Shown here: one piece after another, positions 39,408-48,920 of the stretch | Layout of the letters: every line of letters starts with the position of its first letter | How positions within the stretch are numbered: the first letter of the stretch is position 1 | From: an uncultured delta proteobacterium | GTDB lineage: Bacteria; Desulfobacterota; Binatia; UBA9968 | Length of the DNA stretch: 64,000 nucleotides | NCBI GenBank assembly: GCA_963816145.1 | Contig: CAWFJP010000001.1 | Location: forward strand, 367,358 to 431,357 | Direction of reading: 5' to 3' | Position numbers and translations under genes: made by a program | Notes under the pieces: generated by a model | Databases searched by the model: none | Told to the model about the DNA's origin: nothing | What the model saw: the letters and a program-made list of their open reading frames with translations, nothing else

Positions 39408-40481
39408 TTAAGGCGCCCCCATGATCTTGCGAAAATCCTGGATATAAGTCGGCAAGTTCGCCCCCAGCTTGGGATTCACCACGTAATCGGGCTTCACCTG
39501 GAACTCTTTGAACTTGCTGCGCACGCCCTTCATGGCGCTACCCTTGCCCAAGGTGCCGGCCAGAAACCCCTGCGCTTCATCGGACAGTACCCATTCGACG
39601 AACAGCAATGCCGCATGCGGGTGCGGCGCATTTTTCATCACGAACAAGCCTTCCGGCTTGACGATCGCCGGCGCCAGGACTTTAAAACCCAACGGCGCGC
39701 CCTTCTCGCGGATCGCCGCGGAGGTCTCGCCGTTGATCGCGATACCGATGGGATATTCTCCCGAGGTCACCACTTGAGTCGTCAAGGTCCCGCCGCGCCG
39801 GTAGCTCAAGTCCTGCTTCGACAGACGGGTCAAATAATTGACCGCCTTCTCGCGCCCCCAAGCCTCCTCCATCGCCGCCAAGATGTAGCCGGCCTCCGGA
39901 TCGAAGAGCATTTTGCCTTTCCACGAAGGACCGAGCAGATCCTCGTAACTCTTCGGCGCCTGCTCCGCCTTCACGGCGCTGGTGTTGTACATCAGAGCGG
40001 TCGTCAAAGAGTACATGCTGTGCCAGTTGCCGCCGGGATCGAAGGTGCCGTCGAAGTAACGGCTGGCGCCGGGAACTTGATAGGCCTGCACAAGATTGGC
40101 GTTCATCAACTGATAGCCGTAGCTCAAGTCGACCTGCACCACATCCACCGCATGACGCCCCGCCCGCGCCTCGGTCAAAGTCCGATTGAGAATGCCGTCG
40201 CGCGGTGAAAAATAATGGTTCAGCGCCATGGCCCGATAGCGCGAGTTGTAAACCCGCGCCAACGGCAAAAACTCATCGATCGGCAAAGTGCCGTAGTAGG
40301 CGAGTTCGCCTTCGGCCTGCGCCCCTTTGAGCAGATAAGAAATTCGATCCCGGGCTTTGAGCGACTTCACTTTCGCCGCCACCTCGGCAACCGTCGCCGC
40401 ACGAGCAGGAACGGATCCCGCAACGATGTAGAAACTTAGTGCGCTAAAACAAACAAAAAGATTTCCGAAGCGGCGTCTCAT
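39408..40481 (-). CDS. ABC transporter solute-binding protein
   Basis: GAQAEGEL, EARAGR, PKSYEDLL..WKG and APHPHAALLF motifs. Confidence 0.88.
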   Translation of the reverse strand: MRRRFGNLFVCFSALSFYIVAGSVPARAATVAEVAAKVKSLKARDRISYLLKGAQAEGELAYYGTLPIDEFLPLARVYNSRYRAMALNHYFSPRDGILNRTLTEARAGRHAVDVVQVDLSYGYQLMNANLVQAYQVPGASRYFDGTFDPGGNWHSMYSLTTALMYNTSAVKAEQAPKSYEDLLGPSWKGKMLFDPEAGYILAAMEEAWGREKAVNYLTRLSKQDLSYRRGGTLTTQVVTSGEYPIGIAINGETSAAIREKGAPLGFKVLAPAIVKPEGLFVMKNAPHPHAALLFVEWVLSDEAQGFLAGTLGKGSAMKGVRSKFKEFQVKPDYVVNPKLGANLPTYIQDFRKIMGAP

Positions 40482-41245
40482 CGATAACTCCTGTGCTCCT
40501 TACCAAACGATTGTTTCCAACCACTCCTACCCGAGCTTGGTTGTACAAAACGGCAGGGCGGCGGTCAATCTAGCGGAAATCAGTGGACCACCGTTTATAG
40601 CTTCATGTTCCCGCGGCAGGGGTGTGATAGGACTTGATGGCGCCACACCACGACCATGAACCTGACTCACAACGTGGCGCGTACCTAATCGTCATCAGGT
40701 AAACCGAGAAACCGATCGTCTTCCGGGAGACACGTGAGGTCTCAACGCTCACTGCGACAAACCGAATATGCCCAAGGACGTCACCCGATCCTTTCCATGC
40801 GGATATGCACTCACAGCAGATCGAAGTCACGATCTGCCTTCGGTGGACGAGCCTCAAAATTGAAACCGCCATGCTCGGTCATCACGACAGCAAAAGTCCG
40901 CGCGAGGATGAATCTTCCAGATCGTGGAATTCATCCCGTCCGCGGCTTGGAACAAATACCAGCGCCGGATGCAGCCAAGACGTATCACGTGGCTCCGCCG
41001 GTAACGGACTAATTTGCTGTTTCGCAGTGAAGACTGGTTTGATCCTTTAGACCAATACTAAAGTGGTAGGTTGGACCAGCAGAAGGCGGAACCCTCGACC
41101 TGATAATAAGCGAGGGTTGGCTACATCGTGCAAGACGTGTCAACGTTGCTGAATGGTGGACGCGTGGCGCCATTTCGTGGCTTGGTAACAACCCGCGCCG
41201 TAGCCGACCGTATCGATCGTGTAAGGGAGCGCAAATCGAGAGAGA

Positions 41246-41764
41246 CTATTTAAAGGGCGGGATTGAGGACGGAAGCCCAACGCGCATAAAATACCGCGCA
41301 AACGCTTGCGAGAAATGTTCGAGGAACGGTGAATCAAGCCGCCAACGATTTCCCAAATCCGTGGTTCGCTTAAGCAAATAGGTAAAGGGCAAGCTAAAAA
41401 TCTGGCCGAAATCGACTACGAGAGCACCTTGATTATCGTCTGGGTTGTCTGGAGACCCCAACAAATGCAGCCCGGACACCCGGCCCTTACGTACCGTTTC
41501 CCACTCGCCCTTCTTTTTAAATTGTGGGTTTTGGTCTTCAAAATCGCGTAAACTATATATCGGACATAGCGCGACAAGATCAACTTTCTGATTTTCAAGA
41601 TCACACGATTGAGTAACGACGATTAAATCAACTACGCTTACGGGCACTTCTTCAGGCTCGTGGTCACCAAAATTTGGTGAGAACATAGGCACAAGGCAAT
41701 CTTTCAGTACATCCCCTTGTGCGAGTGAGCGCTCATTAACCTGAATCCAAAACGGTTTTGTCAT
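41246..41764 (-). CDS. Hypothetical protein of the QGD/QSCDL family (putative PemK/MazF-like toxin)
   Basis: LAQGDVL, VVTQSCDL, VVDF and FMRVGLP motifs; AT-richer codon usage; last gene of a tight operon. Confidence 0.6.
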   Translation of the reverse strand: MTKPFWIQVNERSLAQGDVLKDCLVPMFSPNFGDHEPEEVPVSVVDLIVVTQSCDLENQKVDLVALCPIYSLRDFEDQNPQFKKKGEWETVRKGRVSGLHLLGSPDNPDDNQGALVVDFGQIFSLPFTYLLKRTTDLGNRWRLDSPFLEHFSQAFARYFMRVGLPSSIPPFK

Positions 41765-41769
41765 CGATG

Positions 41770-42072
41770 CTACTCATCGAGCGGGAATTGGCGCGGTTTC
41801 ATTCTGCCAACGTACCTATATTGACACCTGACAGATGACACGTGCCTTGGTGAAATGTGACTATATGGAAAATCCTCAGCGCTTTGTATATCTCCAATCA
41901 GCGCTTCCGTCCGCTCGCTCCAATGCTGCCGAGCTTCCTTCTCTGCGGCAAGGACCATGCTAGCCTCTCGGCTTTGCGCATACGAAATGTCTGAAAAACG
42001 TACAAGCGCGAGAACAACCGGAACACCTCCAGGCGTTTGCCAAGGATGGTAAGTTGCGTAATTTGCTTTCAT
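41770..42072 (-). CDS. Hypothetical 100-aa protein (putative antitoxin-like)
   Basis: ATG at 42072 overlaps the TGA of the upstream gene (ATGA); ends 5 bp before the next start. Confidence 0.6.
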   Translation of the reverse strand: MKANYATYHPWQTPGGVPVVLALVRFSDISYAQSREASMVLAAEKEARQHWSERTEALIGDIQSAEDFPYSHISPRHVSSVRCQYRYVGRMKPRQFPLDE

Positions 42073-42809
42073 TGAAAGAGCTTCCTCGCTTCGTCTGTAA
42101 TACACCCTTCGAACACTTTGTTTTTAGCGTCCCTTAATTGTTCGATTAGCGCCCAAATTTCGTTTTCTGTAGATGGCAACTCATAGGTTCGAAAAACATC
42201 TATATCGAGCACAATGGACACCACATTTGGACTAGCCGGGTCCACAAGTGTTTCAGTAATTATAGCAGAGCCGAAAAGGTCTTCGAGCGGCATGACCAGT
42301 CTCATGAAGTATCCCGATAACCCTTGAGGTAAGTCCGGCGATACCACTGGCACAGTACGCAAGTACTGCTCGAAGTCATTGAAAGGCACAGGAATATCAA
42401 TCCGATTTACATATCGCACTGCTACACGCGTAATCTTAGAAGGTCTCGAAACCGCACGATAGATGTCCCAAAGGCGACGCGCCTCTGGACAGAAATCTTG
42501 CCAGCGCGGATATGGCGCTAAACGGCTCATAGTGAACCCATTCATCCGAGCCTGGTGGATTTGCTTCCCGTCGCCACTGCGAAACAAAAATCCAACATGT
42601 TGCGTACTGGTGTTAGCAACTGCCTGGGGACCTAGCACCAACTTGAACTCTCCCGCGTTTACAATCTCGACAGTTGGATATGACGTTTCTTCCCCTCTCT
42701 GCACCTTCGCCAGATCAGCAACGGACACTTCCGGTGATAATTCCACGCGCAAATCGATTACTGCTTCGGTTATTGGGGCGTTAGGATAGGGCGTTTTGAA
42801 GGAAGACAT
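42069..42809 (-). CDS. TIGR04255-like protein
   Basis: APITEAVIDLR, YPRWQDF, RVAVRYVNRI, LDIDVF and LRDAKNKVFEGCIT motifs. Confidence 0.75.
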   Translation of the reverse strand: MSSFKTPYPNAPITEAVIDLRVELSPEVSVADLAKVQRGEETSYPTVEIVNAGEFKLVLGPQAVANTSTQHVGFLFRSGDGKQIHQARMNGFTMSRLAPYPRWQDFCPEARRLWDIYRAVSRPSKITRVAVRYVNRIDIPVPFNDFEQYLRTVPVVSPDLPQGLSGYFMRLVMPLEDLFGSAIITETLVDPASPNVVSIVLDIDVFRTYELPSTENEIWALIEQLRDAKNKVFEGCITDEARKLFQ

Positions 42810-43178
42810 AGGCTTCTACACCTGTGGTTACGTTCTTATCTAACAAGGGGAAAAAACAATGCAACAGTCGCCTTTCCGTACTCAAGTTGTGGCCCAAGTT
42901 TATATCAATCACAACGTTTGTACCAGAATCGCTTAACGACGGGCGAAGAATTTTCCCACCCCTGAGGATTATAGTCTCCCGCCTTTTGTTATGATCATCT
43001 TCCCGTTCTAGCAGTTGATCCGACCGCGTATTTGCCTGTGTCATGCTAGCCCGACTGAAAATTTAGCCTGGTCGACTCCGATTAACTTAAGGTTCTCCAC
43101 GTAAGAGTTGTACAAACGCGTTTAAAGCGAGCGTCCGCGTGCAAACGATTACAGAATCTCTTCCGAGGCCCCCAGATA

Positions 43179-43763
43179 TTAGCGCGCAAGCGGCGCGTTC
43201 CAAATCTTCAACGCCGGAGTTTCGTAGTAATAACCGAGGACACTTAGGGTGGCGGTGTCGAGGAGCAGGCGTTCGCCCAAGCTCGGCGGCTGATCGACCC
43301 AGCGCGCAGCAATGATTCTGAGGATATGGCCGTGCGCGAATAGCGCGACGTTGCCACCCGTCGCACGGACTTTAGCGAGCACGCGATCGGCGCGGAGGGC
43401 AACCTGCTCCGGCGTTTCGCCCCCGGGACAACCATCGTGAAAAACCGACCAACCCGGTCTTGCGAGCTGAATCTGTTTGGTCGTGAGCCCCTCGTATTCG
43501 CCGTAGCGCCATTCCATCAAGTCCGGGTCGACAACGGCAGACTCTTGAATTCCCGCCAACTCGCAAGTCTCGCGCGCTCGCTGGAGCGGACTGCAGAGGA
43601 CCAACACGAATTTCTCCCGCGCCAACACCGGCTGCAACGATCGCGCGGTTTTTCGCCCCTGCTCGGTAAGCGGCACATCGGTGACACCGGTGTGCTTGCC
43701 ACTGCGGCTCCATTCGGTTTCACCGTGGCGGATCAGATAAACTTTTTGCGCTTCATCAGCCAT
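43179..43763 (-). CDS. Histidine phosphatase family protein
   Basis: LIRHGETEW, SPLQRA and FAHGH motifs. Confidence 0.92.
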   Translation of the reverse strand: MADEAQKVYLIRHGETEWSRSGKHTGVTDVPLTEQGRKTARSLQPVLAREKFVLVLCSPLQRARETCELAGIQESAVVDPDLMEWRYGEYEGLTTKQIQLARPGWSVFHDGCPGGETPEQVALRADRVLAKVRATGGNVALFAHGHILRIIAARWVDQPPSLGERLLLDTATLSVLGYYYETPALKIWNAPLAR

Positions 43764-43844
43764 CGCTCAAATGGTACTGCTGTCGTTTAACCTAACCTTG
43801 TCAGCGCAAATTGTGCGGTCAGCTGACGCCACGCCACCACCCCA

Positions 43845-43868
43845 GGGCGTATCGCAATACGCCCCTAC
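43845..43868 (-). repeat. GTAG-type REP sequence
   Basis: Minus strand GTAGGGGCGTATTGCGATACGCCC; relatives at 58474-58496 and 35498-35522. Confidence 0.8.
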
Positions 43869-43989
43869 ATTCGGTCTTCCTCATGGATTTTTTTGCGGTC
43901 CTTTGCGGCCAATCCCCCTCCTTCATCCTCCCCCGCTTACGGGGGAGGAAAGAGGTGGGGGCAGTGCTCTGTGGAGAATTCCGCTCCGA

Positions 43990-45423
43990 TTATTTCCCGC
44001 CAACTTTCTCATTTAGAAACTCCTGCCAGTCGCCGGCGACTTTGTCTTTCAGCTCCCGGCTATGGCCGCTCGACTTGGGGAACTTGTCGCGCCACTCATA
44101 GGGCCGCGTCGCGTCGATGATGGCGCGCGAATTGAAGCCTTTTTCGCCAACCGGAATGCGCGGATCGAGCGGGCCGCTCCAGCAGCGGCGCAATATTTCG
44201 ATGGAATCCACCGGCTCGGAGCGCGAGCTGATCGCCCAGATCACTTCTTCAGTGTTGGTGATGTCGATGTCGTCGTCGACGACGATGACGTAGCGGCCGA
44301 GATAAGCGCCCGAGCGGCACTGGCTCGCGATCATCGCCGCCTGTCGCGCGTGCCCGGGATAGCGCTGCTTGATCGCCAGTACCGTCATGAAACGGCCGCC
44401 TGAGGGATGCGACCACACCGCCTGCACGTCGGGCACGCCGGCTTCGTCGAGAGCGTTCCAGATCAACGCCGAGAGCATTAAAGAAAAATGCAAATTGTCG
44501 CCGCTCGACGGTTTCAATAACGGAAAACCGCACAGGATCGGATCGTTGCGGTGATAGACCGCTTTGATGCGGATCACCGGCACCGCCGGTTGGTTGCTAG
44601 CGTAGTAACCGGTCCACTCGCCAAACGGCCCTTCGGGCATAAAATCATTGGGCGCCACTTCGCCCTCGATGGCAATTTCGGAATCGGCCGGGATCGGCAA
44701 TCCGGTGAGCGGCCCTTCGACGATGTCATGGGGATGGCCGATGATACCGCCGGCATAAGCGTATTCGTTCACCCGGTACGGAACGTCGGTCGACGCAACG
44801 AGAAAATTAAGCGGATGATGGCCGAAGGACACCGCGATGGGGAGAGGCTTGCCGTCGGCGTGGGATTTATCGCGATGCACCCGGCCATGCTTGCCCGGCG
44901 ACATATGCAATCCCATGTGATCGCGGCCGTGGATCATGATCCGATAGGTGCCGACATTTACCCATCCCTCTTCGGGATCGCGGGTGACGACCAAATCGTC
45001 GGTGCCGATGTAGCGGCCACCGTCGAGCTCGTGCCATTGCGGCACGGGGAATTTGAACAGATCGATGTCTGCGCCCCGCTGAACATTATCGAACAGCGGC
45101 GCGCTCTTGACTTTGCGCGGCTCGATGGGCTGGATCTTTTTTACCTGCTGGCGCCACCGCTGGACGAAGTCGAAAGGGCCGAGCTTTGGATCGATGCCCA
45201 GGGTCAGCGCCAGCCGTTGCAGCGACGACAGCAAATTGACCGCCACCCGATGACCGGCCGGATACTCTTTGATCTTGTCGAAGACAATCGCCGGGCGGGT
45301 CTTCGAACGCTCGTTGATCAGTTCCGTCAGCGTCGACAACTCCAGTTTCCAATGGGCGTTGTCGACGGTCATCAACTGACCGAGTTTATCGACATCGTCT
45401 AACCAAGTGCGCAGATCAGGCAT
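43990..45423 (-). CDS. UbiD family (prFMN-dependent) decarboxylase
   Basis: DGGRY, NVGTYR, EGPFGEWTGYY and VIVVDDDID motifs. Confidence 0.92.
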   Translation of the reverse strand: MPDLRTWLDDVDKLGQLMTVDNAHWKLELSTLTELINERSKTRPAIVFDKIKEYPAGHRVAVNLLSSLQRLALTLGIDPKLGPFDFVQRWRQQVKKIQPIEPRKVKSAPLFDNVQRGADIDLFKFPVPQWHELDGGRYIGTDDLVVTRDPEEGWVNVGTYRIMIHGRDHMGLHMSPGKHGRVHRDKSHADGKPLPIAVSFGHHPLNFLVASTDVPYRVNEYAYAGGIIGHPHDIVEGPLTGLPIPADSEIAIEGEVAPNDFMPEGPFGEWTGYYASNQPAVPVIRIKAVYHRNDPILCGFPLLKPSSGDNLHFSLMLSALIWNALDEAGVPDVQAVWSHPSGGRFMTVLAIKQRYPGHARQAAMIASQCRSGAYLGRYVIVVDDDIDITNTEEVIWAISSRSEPVDSIEILRRCWSGPLDPRIPVGEKGFNSRAIIDATRPYEWRDKFPKSSGHSRELKDKVAGDWQEFLNEKVGGK

Positions 45424-45460
45424 ATGATTTTTTCGCTTTCTGTTGAGTTGCTTAAGTAAA

Positions 45461-45591
45461 AGGTTCCAATCGTTCCAATCGTTCCACCGCTACGCTCCGT
45501 TCCATCCCCCTCCTTCATCCTCCCCCGCGACACGGGGGAGGAGCAGAGGTGGGGGATGAAACTTTTGGAACAGTTGGAACGACATGGAACC
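45461..45591. repeat. Composite A-C-A palindrome
   Basis: ggttccaatcgttccaatcgttcc...C hairpin...ttggaacagttggaacgacatggaacc. Confidence 0.85.
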
Positions 45592-46688
45592 TAATTCCTC
45601 GGAGGAACCGGCACCGCCGGCACCGACATCGATCTCAATGACACGTCCGGCTCCTCGCGGTAATGGCCGAAGGCGCTGACGATCGGCGCATCGTTGACTG
45701 AGAACAGTAATGCTTCTTCAGTTTTGGAACGATTGATATGCTCGTGCCAGGCCCAGTTGGGCACGACGAAGCAATCGTTCTTGGTCCATTCGAGCGCCTT
45801 ATCGCCAACGATCGTTGTGCCTTCGCCGCCGGCGACGAAGTAAACCGCGCTCGAAGTATGGCGATGTTTTTTCGTATGCTCGCCCGGTCGCAGGAGTTGA
45901 ATCCAGCAGCTGAGCGTCGGCAAAGTCGGCCCGCCGGTGATCGGATTGACGTACTCCAGCGCCAGGCCATCGTAGGGACTGCCGGACTGGTCCGCCAGTG
46001 CGCGCAGCTGCGGCTCGATATCTTTCCAGCGGTAGCGCAGTGGTAGGTTTTCCTTTTGCGGATTCTCCCACGCCGGCCGCACCAGACCGGCGCGTTGTTG
46101 CAAGTGTTCGCTCGCTTTGGCGCGCACCGCTTGCACCTTGTCGCCGGGATAGGGTTCATAAAACGGCTGGTTGAGCCCGAGCATGAACGGCACGTCGAGC
46201 ACGTCGACCCACATTGCGGTTTCCTGGGTCGGGTTCTGATGATCGTGCCAGGTCCACTGCGGCGTCAGAATCAGATCATTGGGCTCCATCGGACACTTCT
46301 CGCCATTGACCACGGTAAAAACCTTGCCGTCACCCTTGACGACGAAACGCACCGCCGCCAGAGTATGGCGATGCGCCCAGGCGATCTCGCCGGCCTTGAT
46401 CATCTGAATGCCCATGAGCAGCGTGTGCGTCGTCCCGCCCATCGGCACACCGGGATTGTTGAACAACAAACTGCGGCGCGCCGTGAAGCTTTCTTCGAGC
46501 ACATCGCAGGCTTCAAGCAGTTTTTCGTTAACCAACTTCCACGGCCAAATGTAGGCCTCACCGCGCGGCTTGGGACCACCGATGCATTGCGTCAACAACG
46601 GCTCGTATTGCCACTGGCCGGTGATAAATAACTGCTTTAGCTCGGCGTCGAATTGTTCTAATGTTTTTTTGGCTTCAACTTTGGCCAT
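45591..46688 (-). CDS. Gentisate 1,2-dioxygenase-like bicupin
   Basis: RRSLLFNNPG, AHRHT, WTWHDH, LDVP, YVNPITG, HRHT and WAWHEH motifs; ATG at 46688 with an AGGAGG RBS. Confidence 0.88.
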   Translation of the reverse strand: MAKVEAKKTLEQFDAELKQLFITGQWQYEPLLTQCIGGPKPRGEAYIWPWKLVNEKLLEACDVLEESFTARRSLLFNNPGVPMGGTTHTLLMGIQMIKAGEIAWAHRHTLAAVRFVVKGDGKVFTVVNGEKCPMEPNDLILTPQWTWHDHQNPTQETAMWVDVLDVPFMLGLNQPFYEPYPGDKVQAVRAKASEHLQQRAGLVRPAWENPQKENLPLRYRWKDIEPQLRALADQSGSPYDGLALEYVNPITGGPTLPTLSCWIQLLRPGEHTKKHRHTSSAVYFVAGGEGTTIVGDKALEWTKNDCFVVPNWAWHEHINRSKTEEALLFSVNDAPIVSAFGHYREEPDVSLRSMSVPAVPVPPRN

Positions 46689-46700
46689 GATTCCTCCTTG

Positions 46701-46828
46701 GGTTCCAATCGTTCCAGCCGTTGCAAAAGTTTCAACCCCCTCCTTCATCCTCCCCCGCGTCGCGGGGGAGGAAAGAGGTGGGGGATGGAACGGAGCGAAG
46801 CGATGGAACGGCTGGAACGGTTGGAACC
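46701..46828. repeat. Composite A-C-A palindrome
   Basis: ggttccaatcgttccagccgttgc...C hairpin...ggaacggctggaacggttggaacc. Confidence 0.85.
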
Positions 46829-46841
46829 GCTCGGCAACGAA

Positions 46842-47540
46842 TCAGCGATTCGTTGTGGAGCGTCTCACCCCTTCATAGTAGAATCCATCGAAATAAATCT
46901 GCCACGCCATCATCGACTCTTCCGCCGCGCGCAGCGCCGCCTGCTTCTCGGCATCGCTGGTCAAGTATTTTTCGAGCAGCTTGAGCGAGCCGTCGCCATG
47001 GATCTGATCGACGGAATCATGCATCCACCAGAATTCAGTATCTTCCTTCGACAAACCCAACTGGCGGGTCCAATATTCGGCTTGATTGTGCGAGAAGTTG
47101 CCGCAGTTGGGGTTATTCGTCCGTTCAAGCACCGACTTTGCCGCGAGGCCCTCGTACCAAGTGCGATTCTTGGTAAGGTTCTCCCAACAGTGCATCGCAA
47201 CAACAGTCGTAGGTAACGGTGTCGCGCTAACGATCTGATCACGCGTGAGTCCCAATGCCACACCCATGCGTGCGAGAATTTCGAAATGGGAGTGCCCCTC
47301 CTGCGCCTCTTCTTCGTAAAGGTTTTCCGCAACCACAAACTTGCGCACTTCGACGATCGGACAATTACCGACCACGTGAGCCCAGCATTGGCGGCTGTGG
47401 CGCGTAAAGCTCGACCATTGTTCGATTAACACCCGTGCCGCATCTTTGGTCAGATCGTTTTTGGAAAATCTCACCCACTCCAGTCGCTTGTCACAATCGG
47501 CGACGATCTTGTCCATGGCCGCGGCAAAAACTGAACTCAT
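46842..47540 (-). CDS. Heme-oxygenase-like diiron protein (PqqC/CADD/TenA superfamily)
   Basis: E-x6-H (EAQEGHSH), LE and H-x3-D-x2-H (HDSVDQIH); GGAGG RBS before ATG 47540. Confidence 0.8.
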   Translation of the reverse strand: MSSVFAAAMDKIVADCDKRLEWVRFSKNDLTKDAARVLIEQWSSFTRHSRQCWAHVVGNCPIVEVRKFVVAENLYEEEAQEGHSHFEILARMGVALGLTRDQIVSATPLPTTVVAMHCWENLTKNRTWYEGLAAKSVLERTNNPNCGNFSHNQAEYWTRQLGLSKEDTEFWWMHDSVDQIHGDGSLKLLEKYLTSDAEKQAALRAAEESMMAWQIYFDGFYYEGVRRSTTNR

Positions 47541-47574
47541 GCAAAACCTCCCACGCGGATCGAACTCAACGATC

Positions 47575-47850
47575 CTCGGCTCTGAGCCGAGGGGTTCTAA
47601 ATTTGTCGGCTGAAAGTCGGCATTTCTTTCCGTCATTCCGGCGCAGAGCCTGCCCCGGACTCGATCCGGGGCCGGAATCCAGGTTTTCTTTGACCTTGCA
47701 GCGATCCCGAAGATGGATGCCGGCCTGCGCCGGCATGACGAATCTTCACTTCGCCTCAAAACGAGGAATTTCAACCACCCCCGAGATGGACATTCATTGA
47801 TGGAGTGTTGGGTACCGAAACCCAACACTCCATTACTCCATCACTCCAGT
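47575..47850. repeat. Cluster of family D hairpins and a short CTCCA tandem repeat
   Basis: gtcattccggcgca...gccggaatcc...ggatgccggcctgcgccggcatgac; gagtgttggg..cccaacactccattactccatcactcca. Confidence 0.7.
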
Positions 47851-47852
47851 TG

Positions 47853-48920
47853 TCAGAATCCTCGCAAATTCACGCCCAGTCCTTCGCCCTCGGGCACGGT
47901 GAGAATGCCTTTGGTGACGGCGAGGCCGAAGAACGGGTCGCCGGTGATTACCTCGAACTCGCCCAATTCGCAGAGCGGCGCGATGCCAGGCGTGCTCACC
48001 GCCAGATGGAGCGCCGCCGCGTCACCGACCACACTGCCCGCAGTGTTGGATAACGCGCAGCGAATGCCGTTGGCTTCGCACAGTTCGGCGATGCGCCGCA
48101 CTTCGCCGATGCTGCCGACTTTGGGGATGCCGGTGTTGATCGAGTCGACCATGCGGTTCTTGATCAGCATTTGCGCGTCGGCAAAGTTGCGGCAGGACTG
48201 ATCCGCTTCGATCTTGATCGGCGCGTGCTTTTTGACTTCCCATAACGCGTCGAATTGATCTCGCGGCACCGGCTGTTCGAACACTTCGACGCCAAGATCG
48301 GCTAAAGCTTTGGCCAGGCGGATGGCGTTCTTGGCATCGTAGGCTTCATTGGCGTCGATCTTGATGAAGACATCGTCGCCGACCGCCTTGCGCACCGCCG
48401 CGACCCGCGGCAGATCTTTCTCGATCCGGCCGCTGACCTTGAGCTTCAACGACAGACCTTCGGCGACCAATCCTTTCGCTTCCGCCGCCATCGCCTCGGG
48501 ATCGCCGACGCTGACCATCTTTATGACGCGAATCTCGCTGCGGCACTTGCCGCCAAGCATCACCGAGAGCGGTATGTGATAGCTGCGCGCGAGGGCATCG
48601 TACATGGCGCCTTCCAATGCCGACTTCGCCCGCGGATGACCGGTCAAAGCATGATCCATTTCGGCGCGAATGCGGCCCAAGTCTTCCAACTCCTTGCCAA
48701 GCGCCTTGGCATACAAAACCGTCTCGATGACATGCGCCGCCGTTTCAGGCGTCTCCCCCGAGCGTGGAAACAGGTCGGCATAGCCATAACCTTCGACGCC
48801 GCCATCGGTAATGACGGTGACGAGCAAACCGCGCGCGACGGTGAAGTTGTTAGTCGCCGTCACAAGCGGTTTGGTGTAAGGCATTTCGAGCTTCTTGGTG
48901 GCGATTTTTTCAATCTTCAT
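47853..48920 (-). CDS. Mandelate racemase / muconate lactonizing enzyme family protein
   Basis: KLK, IDANE, FEQP and ADQS motifs. Confidence 0.88.
   Translation of the reverse strand: MKIEKIATKKLEMPYTKPLVTATNNFTVARGLLVTVITDGGVEGYGYADLFPRSGETPETAAHVIETVLYAKALGKELEDLGRIRAEMDHALTGHPRAKSALEGAMYDALARSYHIPLSVMLGGKCRSEIRVIKMVSVGDPEAMAAEAKGLVAEGLSLKLKVSGRIEKDLPRVAAVRKAVGDDVFIKIDANEAYDAKNAIRLAKALADLGVEVFEQPVPRDQFDALWEVKKHAPIKIEADQSCRNFADAQMLIKNRMVDSINTGIPKVGSIGEVRRIAELCEANGIRCALSNTAGSVVGDAAALHLAVSTPGIAPLCELGEFEVITGDPFFGLAVTKGILTVPEGEGLGVNLRGF

Noticed and set aside
42838-42844. GTTAGAT on the minus strand upstream of the TIGR04255-like gene as an integron core site
   Set aside because: I found no matching inverse core or attC hairpin, and no integrase.
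46842-47540. pqqC / PQQ biosynthesis cluster
   Set aside because: No pqqA, pqqB, pqqD or pqqE nearby; the local radical SAM is B12-type rather than SPASM-type.
46842-47828. Extended N-termini in the ORF track (46842-47828, 45591-46748, 11708-12733, 853-1491, 7573-8886, 57398-58486)
   Set aside because: The extensions run through intergenic repeats or neighbouring genes; downstream starts with an RBS fit better.
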